In this document: positions 1 through 14,020 of the stretch, in pieces
Layout of the letters: every line of letters begins with the position of its first letter
How positions within the stretch are numbered: position 1 is the stretch's first letter
Origin: Escherichia coli
Lineage (GTDB): Bacteria > Pseudomonadota > Gammaproteobacteria > Enterobacterales > Enterobacteriaceae
NCBI RefSeq assembly: GCF_044324785.1
Contig: NZ_CP172127.1
DNA length: 64,000 nucleotides
Direction: 5' to 3' (one strand)
Translations under genes and position numbers: made by a program
Notes under the pieces: generated by a model
Databases searched by the model: none
The model's input: only the letters and a program-made list of their open reading frames with translations
What the model was told of the DNA's origin: nothing

Positions 1-267
1 TCCTACCTGAAATTGAGCGGAATGACGGTGCAAGGCGCGAAAAAACTGGCGTGGCTGCAAAGTAGCGGGAATATGTCGAATCCACACTATCTCGCCCAAC
101 CTACCAGCCGCAGGACATAAGCTGAAGGTACCGATAGCGGCAATTTTGTTCATCTGAGCCAGGTGGCAAATAGCAATTGCCCCCGAACGCTCCCTGCCAG
201 GCAATTTATACGGCATGGCAGGGAACATTCGGATTAAAAAGCAAAAGATAAATTATTGCTCTTCAGC

Positions 268-1776
<1,509 letters not shown>

Positions 1777-1959
1777 CTAAAGTCTCCAAAAAATTATTAT
1801 CGGCAATGTCGAAACTTGCCGTTATATCTGCCACCGGAACGGGGTAGCAGAGTTTATGTTTTACCAGGGCGACCGTATCCTGCCGGAAGCGCTGGTTATT
1901 CACAATCGATTTAACACACCATTTACATTAAATTTTAGTGCTCAGCGACACTATTTTTC

Positions 1960-2140
1960 ATCAGGTTGCACTCTCTCACATTTTTTGCGGTTGCACCTTT
2001 CAAAAATGTTAACTGCCGCAGAGAAAAAGTCTGAGTTATTTTTTTAACCCCTGTCATATCGATTTCTTTTATTAACATTTCATTCATTTTTAAGCTTGCT
2101 ACGCAAGTCACATTTAACATGGTTGCACAAAGTTGCAACA
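1960..2140. promoter_or_regulatory. put control region with PutA operator motifs (GTTGCA at 1965, 1990, 2122, 2132)
   Basis: Four GTTGCA hexamers seen in the putP-putA divergent intergenic region; PutA is known to bind GTTGCA sites. Confidence 0.6.
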
Positions 2141-2198
2141 TCATGGATATTTCACGATAACGTTAAGTTGTACCTTTCAGAACAACAGGAGTAATGGC

Positions 2199-5100
2199 AT
2201 GGGAACCACCACCATGGGGGTTAAGCTGGACGACGCGACGCGTGAGCGTATTAAGTCTGCCGCGACACGTATCGATCGCACGCCACACTGGTTAATTAAG
2301 CAGGCGATTTTTTCTTATCTCGAACAACTGGAAAACAGCGATACTCTGCCGGAGCTACCTGCGCTGCTTTCTGGCGCGGCCAATGAGAGCGATGAAGCAC
2401 CGACTCCGGCAGAGGAACCACACCAGCCTTTCCTCGACTTTGCCGAGCAAATATTGCCCCAGTCGGTTTCCCGCGCCGCGATCACCGCGGCCTATCGCCG
2501 CCCGGAAACCGAAGCGGTTTCTATGCTGTTGGAACAAGCTCGCCTGCCGCAGCCAGTTGCTGAACAGGCGCACAAACTGGCGTATCAACTGGCCGATAAA
2601 CTGCGTAATCAAAAAAATGCCAGTGGCCGCGCAGGTATGGTCCAGGGGTTATTGCAGGAGTTTTCGCTGTCATCGCAGGAAGGCGTGGCGCTGATGTGTC
2701 TGGCGGAAGCGTTGTTGCGTATTCCCGACAAAGCCACCCGGGATGCATTAATTCGCGACAAAATCAGCAACGGTAACTGGCAGTCACACATTGGTCGTAG
2801 CCCGTCCCTGTTTGTTAATGCCGCTACCTGGGGGCTGCTGTTTACCGGCAAACTGGTTTCCACCCATAACGAAGCCAGCCTCTCCCGCTCGCTGAACCGC
2901 ATTATCGGTAAGAGCGGTGAACCGCTGATCCGCAAAGGTGTGGATATGGCGATGCGCCTGATGGGCGAGCAGTTCGTCACTGGCGAAACCATCGCGGAAG
3001 CGTTAGCCAATGCCCGCAAGCTGGAAGAGAAAGGTTTCCGTTACTCTTACGATATGCTGGGCGAAGCTGCACTGACTGCCGCAGATGCACAAGCGTATAT
3101 GGTTTCCTATCAACAGGCGATTCACGCCATTGGTAAAGCGTCCAATGGTCGTGGCATCTATGAAGGTCCGGGCATTTCAATCAAGCTGTCGGCACTGCAT
3201 CCGCGTTACAGCCGCGCCCAGTATGATCGGGTAATGGAAGAGCTTTACCCGCGTCTGAAATCACTCACCCTGCTGGCGCGTCAGTACGATATTGGTATTA
3301 ACATCGATGCCGAAGAGGCCGATCGTCTGGAGATCTCCCTCGATCTGCTGGAAAAACTTTGTTTCGAGCCGGAACTGGCAGGCTGGAACGGCATCGGTTT
3401 TGTTATTCAGGCTTATCAAAAACGCTGTCCGTTGGTGATCGATTACCTGATTGATCTCGCCACCCGCAGCCGTCGCCGTCTGATGATTCGCCTGGTGAAA
3501 GGCGCGTACTGGGATAGTGAAATCAAGCGTGCACAGATGGACGGCCTTGAAGGTTATCCGGTTTATACCCGCAAGGTGTATACCGACGTTTCTTATCTTG
3601 CCTGTGCGAAAAAGCTGCTGGCAGTGCCAAATCTAATCTACCCGCAGTTCGCGACGCACAACGCCCATACGCTGGCGGCAATTTATCAACTGGCGGGTCA
3701 AAACTACTATCCGGGTCAGTACGAGTTCCAGTGCCTGCATGGTATGGGCGAGCCACTGTATGAGCAGGTCACCGGGAAAGTTGCCGACGGCAAACTTAAC
3801 CGTCCGTGTCGTATTTATGCTCCGGTCGGTACCCATGAAACGCTGCTGGCGTATCTGGTGCGTCGCCTGCTGGAAAACGGTGCTAACACCTCGTTTGTTA
3901 ACCGTATTGCTGACACCTCTTTGCCCCTGGATGAACTGGTTGCCGATCCGGTCACTGCTGTAGAAAAACTGGCGCAACAGGAAGGGCAAACTGGATTACC
4001 GCATCCGAAAATTCCCCTGCCGCGCGATCTTTACGGTCACGGGCGCGACAACTCGGCAGGGCTGGATCTCGCTAACGAACACCGTCTGGCCTCGCTCTCT
4101 TCTGCCCTGCTCAATAGTGCACTGCAAAAATGGCAGGCCTTGCCAATGCTGGAACAACCGGTCACGGCTGGTGAGATGTCGCCCGTTATTAACCCTGCGG
4201 AACCGAAAGATATTGTGGGCTATGTGCGTGAAGCCACGCCGCGTGAAGTAGAACAGGCGCTGGAAAGTGCGGTTAATAACGCGCCAATCTGGTTTGCCAC
4301 TCCTCCGGCTGAACGCGCGGCGATTTTGCATCGCGCTGCCGTGCTAATGGAAAGCCAGATGCAGCAACTGATTGGTATTCTGGTGCGTGAAGCCGGAAAA
4401 ACCTTCAGTAACGCCATTGCCGAAGTGCGCGAAGCGGTCGATTTTCTCCACTACTACGCCGGACAGGTGCGGGATGATTTCGCTAACGAAACCCACCGTC
4501 CATTAGGGCCTGTGGTGTGTATCAGTCCGTGGAACTTCCCGCTGGCTATTTTCACCGGGCAGATCGCCGCCGCACTGGCGGCAGGTAACAGCGTGCTGGC
4601 AAAACCGGCAGAACAAACGCCGCTGATTGCCGCGCAAGGGATCGCCATTTTGCTGGAAGCGGGTGTACCGCCAGGCGTGGTGCAATTGCTGCCAGGTCAG
4701 GGTGAAACCGTGGGCGCGCAACTGACGGGTGATGATCGCGTGCGCGGGGTGATGTTTACCGGATCAACCGAAGTCGCTACGTTACTGCAACGCAATATCG
4801 CCAGCCGCCTGGACGCTCAGGGTCGCCCTATTCCGCTCATCGCTGAAACCGGCGGCATGAACGCGATGATTGTCGATTCTTCAGCACTGACCGAACAAGT
4901 CGTAATAGATGTGCTGGCCTCGGCGTTCGACAGTGCGGGTCAGCGTTGTTCGGCACTGCGCGTGCTGTGCCTGCAAGATGAGATTGCCGACCACACGTTG
5001 AAAATGCTGCGCGGCGCAATGGCCGAATGCCGGATGGGTAATCCGGGTCGCCTGACCACCGATATCGGTCCGGTGATTGATAGCGAAGCGAAAGCCAATA

Positions 5101-6161
5101 TCGAGCGTCATATTCAGACCATGCATAGCAAAGGCCGTCCGGTGTTCCAGGCGGTGCGGGAAAACAGCGAAGATGCCCGTGAATGGCAAAGCGGCACCTT
5201 TGTCGCCCCGACGCTGATCGAACTGGATGACTTTGCCGAATTGCAAAAAGAGGTCTTTGGTCCGGTGCTGCATGTGGTGCGTTACAACCGTAACCAGCTG
5301 CCGGAGCTGATCGAGCAGATTAACGCTTCCGGTTATGGCCTGACGCTTGGCGTTCATACGCGTATTGATGAAACCATCGCCCAGGTCACTGGCTCGGCGC
5401 ATGTCGGTAACCTGTACGTTAACCGTAATATGGTGGGCGCAGTGGTGGGTGTGCAGCCATTCGGCGGCGAAGGGTTGTCCGGCACCGGGCCGAAAGCAGG
5501 CGGTCCGCTCTATCTCTACCGTCTGCTGGCGAATCGCCCGGAAAGTGCACTGGCAGTGACGCTCGCGCGTCAGGATGCAGAGTATCCGGTCGATGCGCAG
5601 TTGAAAGCCGCATTGACTCAGCCGCTAAATGCACTGCGGGAATGGGCGGCAAACCGTCCAGAATTGCAGGCGTTATGTACGCAATATGGCGAGCTGGCGC
5701 AGGCAGGAACACAACGATTGTTGCCAGGGCCGACGGGTGAACGCAACACCTGGACGCTGCTGCCGCGTGAGCGCGTGTTGTGTATTGCGGATGATGAACA
5801 GGATGCGCTGACTCAGCTCGCCGCCGTGCTGGCGGTGGGTAGCCAGGTGCTGTGGCCGGATGATGCGCTGCATCGTCAGTTAGTGAAGGCATTGCCATCG
5901 GCAGTCAGCGAACGTATTCAACTGGCGAAAGTGGAAAATATAACCGCTCAACCCTTTGATGCGGTGATCTTCCACGGTGATTCGGATCAGCTTCGCGCAT
6001 TGTGTGAAGCCGTTGCCGCGCGGGATGGCGCAATTGTTTCGGTGCAGGGTTTTGCCCGAGGCGAAAGCAATATCCTTCTGGAACGGCTGTATATCGAACG
6101 CTCGCTGAGTGTGAATACCGCTGCCGCTGGCGGTAACGCCAGTTTAATGACGATCGGTTAA
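2199..6161 (+). CDS. putA: Bifunctional proline dehydrogenase / P5C dehydrogenase and transcriptional repressor PutA, 1320 aa
   Basis: ORF 2133..6161; start trimmed to the ATG at 2199 (MGTTTMGVKLDD...), which matches the PutA N-terminus I recall. Confidence 0.93.
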   Translation: MGTTTMGVKLDDATRERIKSAATRIDRTPHWLIKQAIFSYLEQLENSDTLPELPALLSGAANESDEAPTPAEEPHQPFLDFAEQILPQSVSRAAITAAYRRPETEAVSMLLEQARLPQPVAEQAHKLAYQLADKLRNQKNASGRAGMVQGLLQEFSLSSQEGVALMCLAEALLRIPDKATRDALIRDKISNGNWQSHIGRSPSLFVNAATWGLLFTGKLVSTHNEASLSRSLNRIIGKSGEPLIRKGVDMAMRLMGEQFVTGETIAEALANARKLEEKGFRYSYDMLGEAALTAADAQAYMVSYQQAIHAIGKASNGRGIYEGPGISIKLSALHPRYSRAQYDRVMEELYPRLKSLTLLARQYDIGINIDAEEADRLEISLDLLEKLCFEPELAGWNGIGFVIQAYQKRCPLVIDYLIDLATRSRRRLMIRLVKGAYWDSEIKRAQMDGLEGYPVYTRKVYTDVSYLACAKKLLAVPNLIYPQFATHNAHTLAAIYQLAGQNYYPGQYEFQCLHGMGEPLYEQVTGKVADGKLNRPCRIYAPVGTHETLLAYLVRRLLENGANTSFVNRIADTSLPLDELVADPVTAVEKLAQQEGQTGLPHPKIPLPRDLYGHGRDNSAGLDLANEHRLASLSSALLNSALQKWQALPMLEQPVTAGEMSPVINPAEPKDIVGYVREATPREVEQALESAVNNAPIWFATPPAERAAILHRAAVLMESQMQQLIGILVREAGKTFSNAIAEVREAVDFLHYYAGQVRDDFANETHRPLGPVVCISPWNFPLAIFTGQIAAALAAGNSVLAKPAEQTPLIAAQGIAILLEAGVPPGVVQLLPGQGETVGAQLTGDDRVRGVMFTGSTEVATLLQRNIASRLDAQGRPIPLIAETGGMNAMIVDSSALTEQVVIDVLASAFDSAGQRCSALRVLCLQDEIADHTLKMLRGAMAECRMGNPGRLTTDIGPVIDSEAKANIERHIQTMHSKGRPVFQAVRENSEDAREWQSGTFVAPTLIELDDFAELQKEVFGPVLHVVRYNRNQLPELIEQINASGYGLTLGVHTRIDETIAQVTGSAHVGNLYVNRNMVGAVVGVQPFGGEGLSGTGPKAGGPLYLYRLLANRPESALAVTLARQDAEYPVDAQLKAALTQPLNALREWAANRPELQALCTQYGELAQAGTQRLLPGPTGERNTWTLLPRERVLCIADDEQDALTQLAAVLAVGSQVLWPDDALHRQLVKALPSAVSERIQLAKVENITAQPFDAVIFHGDSDQLRALCEAVAARDGAIVSVQGFARGESNILLERLYIERSLSVNTAAAGGNASLMTIG

Positions 6162-6168
6162 ACTGGAA

Positions 6169-6203
6169 GCCGGAGGATGTTACAACCTCCTCCGGCATCT
6201 TTA
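6169..6203. terminator. Hairpin between convergent putA and rutR (GCCGGAGGA-N10-TCCTCCGGC)
   Basis: 9-bp perfect inverted repeat immediately after the putA stop and overlapping the rutR stop; no strong T-run. Confidence 0.45.
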
Positions 6204-6839
6204 ACGTGGTCGAATCCCCTCAATAATAATCCGCTGCACGTTTTCAACCGTTTGATTGAAAAATACCTCATCGCGCAACGTCGCGCCTGTCACCGCCTCC
6301 ACCTGAGGGGCGAAATCGGCGTAATGTTGAGTGGAAGCCCAAATCATAAAAATCAAATGCTGCGGGTCAATCGGCGCGAGTTTGCCGCTTTTTACCCAAC
6401 CGGCAATCAGCGCCGATTTCTCATCAATTAATACCTTCAAATCGCCCGTCAGTTCATCCATTAACAACGGCGCGCCTGCCAGCATCTCCATACAGAACAG
6501 GCGCGAAGCCTGCGGATAATCGCGTGAGACTTCCAGCTTCAGACGGATGTACTCTTTGATCGCCGCCAGCGGGGCGAAATCTTCACGAAACGCTTTTAAC
6601 GGTGCCAGCCAGATATCGAGAATCTGCCGCAGTACGGCTATATACAGCGCCTCTTTTGACGGGAAGTAATACAGCAGATTGGTTTTTGAAACACCCGCCA
6701 ACTCTGCGATCTGCTCCAGCCTTGTGCCGTGAAAACCGAATTGTGAAAAAGTGTCCAGTGCTGCGCTAAGAATCGCTTTTTTCTTCGCGCTCACTGCGCG
6801 CGAACGTTTACCCGTTGTTTTCACTGCGCCTTGCGTCAT
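6201..6839 (-). CDS. rutR: TetR-family regulator of pyrimidine utilisation RutR, 212 aa
   Basis: ORF 6201..6866; start trimmed to MTQGAVKTTGKRSR...; TetR-like HTH region near the N-terminus. Confidence 0.9.
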   Translation of the reverse strand: MTQGAVKTTGKRSRAVSAKKKAILSAALDTFSQFGFHGTRLEQIAELAGVSKTNLLYYFPSKEALYIAVLRQILDIWLAPLKAFREDFAPLAAIKEYIRLKLEVSRDYPQASRLFCMEMLAGAPLLMDELTGDLKVLIDEKSALIAGWVKSGKLAPIDPQHLIFMIWASTQHYADFAPQVEAVTGATLRDEVFFNQTVENVQRIIIEGIRPR

Positions 6840-6945
6840 GCGCTCTCCCCTCTTGTAGATTGGCAACAGGATAGCAAAACCCCTGCCCGGCCACGACCTT
6901 CTGCACTTTCATCGCGCACGGATGCATGTTTTATGTGCAACTGTT

Positions 6946-6961
6946 TTGACCGTTTAGTCCA
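6946..6961. promoter_or_regulatory. RutR-box-like site TTGACCGTTTAGTCCA
   Basis: Partial match to the RutR consensus TTGACCANNTGGTCAA in the rutR-rutA divergent region. Confidence 0.4.
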
Positions 6962-7025
6962 CTTTTTTCCAGATATTTTAGACAACTTAACATTAACACA
7001 TTAATAACATTCACTTTTTAAAAAC

Positions 7026-7041
7026 TGGCATCCGCTTTGCA
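7026..7041 (+). promoter_or_regulatory. Sigma-54 promoter for the rut operon (TGGCAT-N5-TTGCA)
   Basis: Near-perfect -24 GG / -12 GC element about 30 nt upstream of the rutA start; the rut operon is known to be NtrC/sigma-54 dependent. Confidence 0.65.
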
Positions 7042-7069
7042 AACAAACCATTACGCGGCTGAAAAGGAT

Positions 7070-8910
<1,841 letters not shown>

Positions 8911-8921
8911 GGAGTTTAACG

Positions 8922-9308
8922 ATGCCAAAATCCGTAATTATTCCCGCTGGCAGCAGCGCACCGCTGGCCCCCTTCGTTCCCGGCACGCTGGCTGATGGCG
9001 TGGTGTATGTCTCCGGTACGCTGGCTTTTGATCAACATAATAACGTGCTGTTTGCCGATGACCCAAAGGCGCAAACCCGCCACGTTCTGGAAACCATCCG
9101 CAAGGTGATCGAGACGGCGGGTGGCACGATGGCGGATGTGACCTTCAACAGCATCTTTATTACCGACTGGAAAAATTACGCCGCGATTAACGAAATCTAC
9201 GCCGAGTTTTTTCCGGGTGATAAACCGGCGCGATTCTGCATTCAGTGCGGACTGGTAAAACCTGACGCGCTGGTGGAAATCGCCACAATTGCGCATATCG
9301 CCAAGTGA
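8922..9308 (+). CDS. rutC: Aminoacrylate peracid reductase RutC (RidA/YjgF family), 128 aa
   Basis: Full ORF; RidA-like translation. Confidence 0.9.
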
Positions 9309-9315
9309 GGCCGCG

Positions 9316-10116
9316 ATGAAACTTTCACTCTCACCTCCCCCTTATGCTGATGCGCCCGTAGTGGTGTTGATTTCGGGTCTTGGCGGTAGCGGCAGTTACT
9401 GGTTACCGCAACTGGCGGTACTGGAGCAGGAGTATCAGGTAGTCTGTTACGACCAGCGCGGCACCGGCAATAATCCCGACACGCTGGAAGAAGATTACAG
9501 TATCGCCCAGATGGCAGCGGAACTGCATCAGGCGCTGGTAGCCGCAGGGATTGAGCGTTACGCGGTGGTCGGCCATGCGCTCGGTGCGCTGGTGGGAATG
9601 CAGCTGGCGCTGGATTATCCCGCGTCGGTAACTGTGCTGGTCAGCGTTAACGGCTGGCTACGAATAAACGCCCATACGCGCCGCTGTTTTCAGGTTCGCG
9701 AGCAGTTACTACATAGCGGCGGCGCGCAGGCATGGGTGGAAGCTCAGCCATTGTTCCTCTATCCCGCCGACTGGATGGCGGCCCGCGCACCTCGCCTGGA
9801 AGCTGAAGACGCGCTGGCACTGGCGCATTTTCAGGGCAAAAATAATTTACTGCGTCGACTTAACGCCCTCAAACGCGCTGACTTTAGTCGCCATGCGGAT
9901 CGCATTCGCTGCCCGGTGCAAATCATCTGCGCCAGTGATGATCTGCTGGTGCCAACAGCATGTTCCAGTGAACTTCATGCCGCCCTGCCCGATAGCCAGA
10001 AAATGGTGATGCGCTATGGCGGACACGCCTGCAACGTGACCGATCCCGAAACGTTTAATGCTCTGTTACTCAACGGGCTTGCCAGCCTGTTACATCACCG
10101 TGAAGCCGCCCTGTAA
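9316..10116 (+). CDS. rutD: Aminoacrylate hydrolase RutD (alpha/beta hydrolase), 266 aa
   Basis: ORF 9289..10116 trimmed to [14 protein letters not shown]...; HALGA nucleophile-elbow motif (GxSxG variant). Confidence 0.88.
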   Translation: MKLSLSPPPYADAPVVVLISGLGGSGSYWLPQLAVLEQEYQVVCYDQRGTGNNPDTLEEDYSIAQMAAELHQALVAAGIERYAVVGHALGALVGMQLALDYPASVTVLVSVNGWLRINAHTRRCFQVREQLLHSGGAQAWVEAQPLFLYPADWMAARAPRLEAEDALALAHFQGKNNLLRRLNALKRADFSRHADRIRCPVQIICASDDLLVPTACSSELHAALPDSQKMVMRYGGHACNVTDPETFNALLLNGLASLLHHREAAL

Positions 10117-10125
10117 GGAATTGCT

Positions 10126-10716
10126 ATGAACGAAGCCATTAGCCCAGGTGCGCTTAGCACCTTGTTCACCGATGCCCGCACTCACAACGGCTGGCGGGAG
10201 ACACCCGTCAGCGATGAGACATTACGGGAGATTTATGCCCTGATGAAATGGGGGCCGACATCAGCTAACTGTTCTCCGGCACGGATCGTGTTTATCCGCA
10301 CTGCAGAAGGAAAAGAACGTCTGCGCCCGGCGCTTTCCAACGGCAATCTGCAAAAAACCCTGACCGCGCCCGTCACCGCGATCGTCGCCTGGGACAGTGA
10401 ATTTTATGAACGGTTACCACAGCTGTTTCCTCACGGCGATGCCCGCAGTTGGTTTACCTCCAGCCCACAACTTGCCGAAGAAACAGCGTTTCGCAACAGT
10501 TCCATGCAGGCGGCCTATCTGATCGTCGCCTGCCGGGCGCTGGGGCTGGATACCGGCCCGATGTCGGGTTTTGACCGTCAACACGTAGACGACGCTTTTT
10601 TTGCAGGCAGCACGCTGAAGAGCAACCTGCTGATTAATATCGGCTATGGCGATAGCTGCAAACTTTTTGCGCGCCTGCCACGTCTGTCCTTTGAGGAAGC
10701 CTGCGGGCTGTTGTAA
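10126..10716 (+). CDS. rutE: Malonic semialdehyde reductase RutE (nitroreductase family), 196 aa
   Basis: Full ORF in operon order. Confidence 0.9.
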   Translation: MNEAISPGALSTLFTDARTHNGWRETPVSDETLREIYALMKWGPTSANCSPARIVFIRTAEGKERLRPALSNGNLQKTLTAPVTAIVAWDSEFYERLPQLFPHGDARSWFTSSPQLAEETAFRNSSMQAAYLIVACRALGLDTGPMSGFDRQHVDDAFFAGSTLKSNLLINIGYGDSCKLFARLPRLSFEEACGLL

Positions 10717-10726
10717 GGAGCAAACT

Positions 10727-11221
10727 ATGAACATCGTCGATCAACAAACTTTTCGCGATGCGATGTCCTGCATGGGCGCGGCGGTCAATATTATCACCAC
10801 GGACGGTCCAGCCGGGCGCGCCGGGTTCACCGCCAGCGCCGTCTGCAGCGTGACCGATACGCCGCCCACATTACTGGTGTGCCTGAATCGTGGGGCGTCC
10901 GTCTGGCCGGTATTCAATGAAAATCGAACGCTGTGTGTAAATACACTTAGCGCCGGGCAGGAGCCGCTTTCAAACCTTTTTGGCGGCAAAACGCCCATGG
11001 AACACCGCTTTGCCGCCGCCCGCTGGCAGACTGGTGTGACCGGATGCCCGCAACTGGAAGAGGCACTGGTTTCGTTTGACTGCCGTATCAGCCAGGTGAT
11101 GAGCGTCGGCACCCACGACATTTTGTTTTGCGCCATCGAAGCGATTCATCGTCACGCCACACCCTACGGGCTGGTGTGGTTCGATCGCAGTTATCACGCG
11201 CTGATGCGCCCTGCTTGTTAA
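10727..11221 (+). CDS. rutF: Flavin reductase RutF, 164 aa
   Basis: ORF 10646..11221 trimmed to [13 protein letters not shown]... Confidence 0.88.
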   Translation: MNIVDQQTFRDAMSCMGAAVNIITTDGPAGRAGFTASAVCSVTDTPPTLLVCLNRGASVWPVFNENRTLCVNTLSAGQEPLSNLFGGKTPMEHRFAAARWQTGVTGCPQLEEALVSFDCRISQVMSVGTHDILFCAIEAIHRHATPYGLVWFDRSYHALMRPAC

Positions 11222-11241
11222 CCTCCTTAAGGAGACAGCTG

Positions 11242-12570
11242 ATGGCAATGTTCGGTTTTCCTCACTGGCAGTTAAAATCGACCTCTACAGAGAGCGGCGT
11301 GGTCGCGCCGGATGAACGATTGCCGTTTGCTCAGACGGCAGTAATGGGCGTTCAACACGCGGTGGCGATGTTTGGCGCGACGGTGTTAATGCCGATTCTG
11401 ATGGGGCTGGATCCCAATCTTTCCATTTTAATGTCGGGGATCGGCACGTTACTGTTTTTCTTTATTACCGGCGGGCGCGTCCCCAGTTATCTCGGTTCCA
11501 GCGCGGCTTTTGTCGGCGTGGTGATTGCCGCGACGGGCTTTAATGGTCAGGGAATTAATCCGAATATCAGCATCGCGCTGGGCGGGATTATCGCCTGTGG
11601 GCTGGTTTATACCGTCATTGGCCTGGTGGTGATGAAAATCGGTACGCGCTGGATTGAACGGCTGATGCCGCCGGTGGTGACGGGTGCGGTGGTGATGGCG
11701 ATTGGCCTGAACTTAGCGCCTATCGCAGTGAAAAGTGTATCGGCTTCGGCCTTTGATAGCTGGATGGCGGTAATGACGGTGCTGTGTATTGGGCTAGTGG
11801 CGGTGTTTACCCGTGGCATGATCCAGCGATTATTGATTCTCGTAGGATTAATTGTCGCCTGTCTGCTGTATGGCGTGATGACCAACGTTTTAGGGCTGGG
11901 AAAAGCCGTTGATTTTACTCTCGTCAGCCATGCTGCCTGGTTCGGTTTGCCACATTTTTCCACTCCTGCTTTTAATGGTCAGGCAATGATGCTGATTGCG
12001 CCCGTGGCGGTGATTCTGGTGGCAGAAAACTTAGGTCATCTCAAGGCGGTCGCCGGGATGACCGGACGCAATATGGATCCATATATGAGGCGGGCATTCG
12101 TGGGCGATGGGCTGGCAACGATGCTTTCCGGCTCTGTCGGCGGTAGCGGCGTGACCACCTACGCCGAGAATATCGGTGTGATGGCCGTGACCAAAGTCTA
12201 CTCGACGCTGGTGTTTGTTGCTGCTGCCGTCATCGCCATGCTGTTGGGCTTTTCGCCGAAATTTGGCGCGCTGATCCATACCATTCCTGCACCGGTGATT
12301 GGTGGTGCTTCAATTGTTGTGTTCGGGCTGATTGCCGTCGCAGGCGTAAGGATCTGGGTACAAAACCGTGTCGATTTAAGCCAGAACGGTAATTTGATTA
12401 TGGTCGCAGTAACCTTAGTGCTGGGCGCGGGTGATTTTGCTCTCACGCTGGGCGGTTTTACGTTGGGAGGGATCGGTACAGCAACCTTTGGCGCGATTTT
12501 ACTCAATGCGTTGTTAAGCAGAAGGTTGGTTGACGTTCCACCGCCAGAAGTTGTTCATCAGGAGCCATAA
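11242..12570 (+). CDS. rutG: Pyrimidine permease RutG (NCS2 family), 442 aa
   Basis: ORF 11128..12570 trimmed to MAMFGFPHWQ... at ATG 11242, preceded by GGAGACAG; polytopic membrane protein. Confidence 0.88.
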   Translation: MAMFGFPHWQLKSTSTESGVVAPDERLPFAQTAVMGVQHAVAMFGATVLMPILMGLDPNLSILMSGIGTLLFFFITGGRVPSYLGSSAAFVGVVIAATGFNGQGINPNISIALGGIIACGLVYTVIGLVVMKIGTRWIERLMPPVVTGAVVMAIGLNLAPIAVKSVSASAFDSWMAVMTVLCIGLVAVFTRGMIQRLLILVGLIVACLLYGVMTNVLGLGKAVDFTLVSHAAWFGLPHFSTPAFNGQAMMLIAPVAVILVAENLGHLKAVAGMTGRNMDPYMRRAFVGDGLATMLSGSVGGSGVTTYAENIGVMAVTKVYSTLVFVAAAVIAMLLGFSPKFGALIHTIPAPVIGGASIVVFGLIAVAGVRIWVQNRVDLSQNGNLIMVAVTLVLGAGDFALTLGGFTLGGIGTATFGAILLNALLSRRLVDVPPPEVVHQEP

Positions 12571-12577
12571 ACAGAAA

Positions 12578-12610
12578 ACCGCCGGGGTAACCGGCGGTGA
12601 TGACTTTTTG
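12578..12610. terminator. Hairpin ACCGCCGG-GGTA-ACCGGCGGT between convergent rutG and ymdF
   Basis: 8-bp stem; on the minus strand it is followed by TTTTCTGTTT, so it is most convincing as the ymdF terminator. Confidence 0.5.
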
Positions 12611-12652
12611 ACGAGCTTCAGACAAAAATGCATTCGTCACTGATTAGTCCGG

Positions 12653-12760
12653 CTAGTTGTCACTTTTGCCGTGACTGCTCTTGCCACCTTTTTTACCTGC
12701 TTCTGATGCTCTTTCGCGGTCTTCTGCAAAATTACCGGAACCGCCTCGATGGTTTGCCAT
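12653..12760 (-). CDS. ymdF: KGG-repeat stress protein YmdF-like, 35 aa as encoded here
   Basis: ATG preceded by GGAGG; translation MANHRGGSGNFAEDRERASEAGKKGGKSSHGKSDN; embedded in the longer ORF 12653..12934. Confidence 0.7.
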   Translation of the reverse strand: MANHRGGSGNFAEDRERASEAGKKGGKSSHGKSDN

Positions 12761-13119
12761 TACTGACCTCCGTCTTGATGTAAACATCATATTGCATTGC
12801 ATAGAATTAACGCGGCGTATGGCGGTTGCCATATTTTCGCTACGTGGGACTAAGCTTAGTGAACTGACGAGGGCAGACCCGCGTTTGGTAATATCCTGCA
12901 ACAGCTTCTTAGCGAGAATAGATATCATCTCCAATAATTATCCATAAGCCGCTCTTATGATTAAAAAAACGCGATGAGATAAAAATGTATCATTTTGCGA
13001 CAAATTTACGCGCTTGTGAAAGTTGTTATAAATCAAATAAGTGGTTGTGAAATTTGCACTCTGAAAAGGACGTCTTATCTTTAAATAAGTGGTAGCGAAT
13101 CGCTACGGAATAGAGATAA

Positions 13120-13734
<615 letters not shown>

Positions 13735-13754
13735 TCTTCAACAGGAGGATACGC

Positions 13755-13982
13755 ATGCCAACTCAAGAAGCGAAAGCTCATCACGTCGGTGAATGGGCAT
13801 CTCTGCGCAATACGTCGCCGGAAATAGCCGAGGCCATTTTCGAAGTCGCCGGGTACGACGAAAAAATGGCGGAAAAGATTTGGGAAGAAGGTAGCGATGA
13901 AGTGTTAGTCAAAGCCTTTGCTAAAACCGATAAAGATTCGCTTTTTTGGGGCGAACAGACCATCGAACGTAAAAACGTTTAA
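13755..13982 (+). CDS. yccJ: Small protein YccJ, 75 aa
   Basis: ORF directly downstream of wrbA with a 20-nt gap. Confidence 0.85.
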
Positions 13983-13987
13983 TCCGC

Positions 13988-14020
13988 GACTCCCCCGCTT
14001 CACGCGGGGGAGTTTTCTGT
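13988..14020 (+). terminator. Rho-independent terminator after yccJ (CTCCCCCGC-TTCAC-GCGGGGGAG + TTTT)
   Basis: 9-bp GC-rich stem followed by a T-run; abuts the agp stop. Confidence 0.7.

Noticed and set aside
1-267. Short ORF and weak hairpin downstream of putP
   Set aside because: About 30 codons overlapping the putP 3' end on the opposite strand, with no ribosome-binding site; the hairpin has no T-run. Treated as the intergenic tail before the neighbouring efe locus.
2133-2198. 5' extensions of the ORF-track maxima (putA from 2133, also rutA 7037, rutG 11128, ompA 51595, fabA 55067, helD to 47358)
   Set aside because: The extensions run into promoters or upstream genes and add N-terminal residues that precede the known N-termini or signal peptides; the internal starts have better ribosome-binding sites.
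4881-5402. 173-aa minus-strand ORF inside putA (similar shadow ORFs occur inside hyaB, torA, helD and fabA)
   Set aside because: Antisense to well-supported genes, with no start context and no recognisable sequence features.
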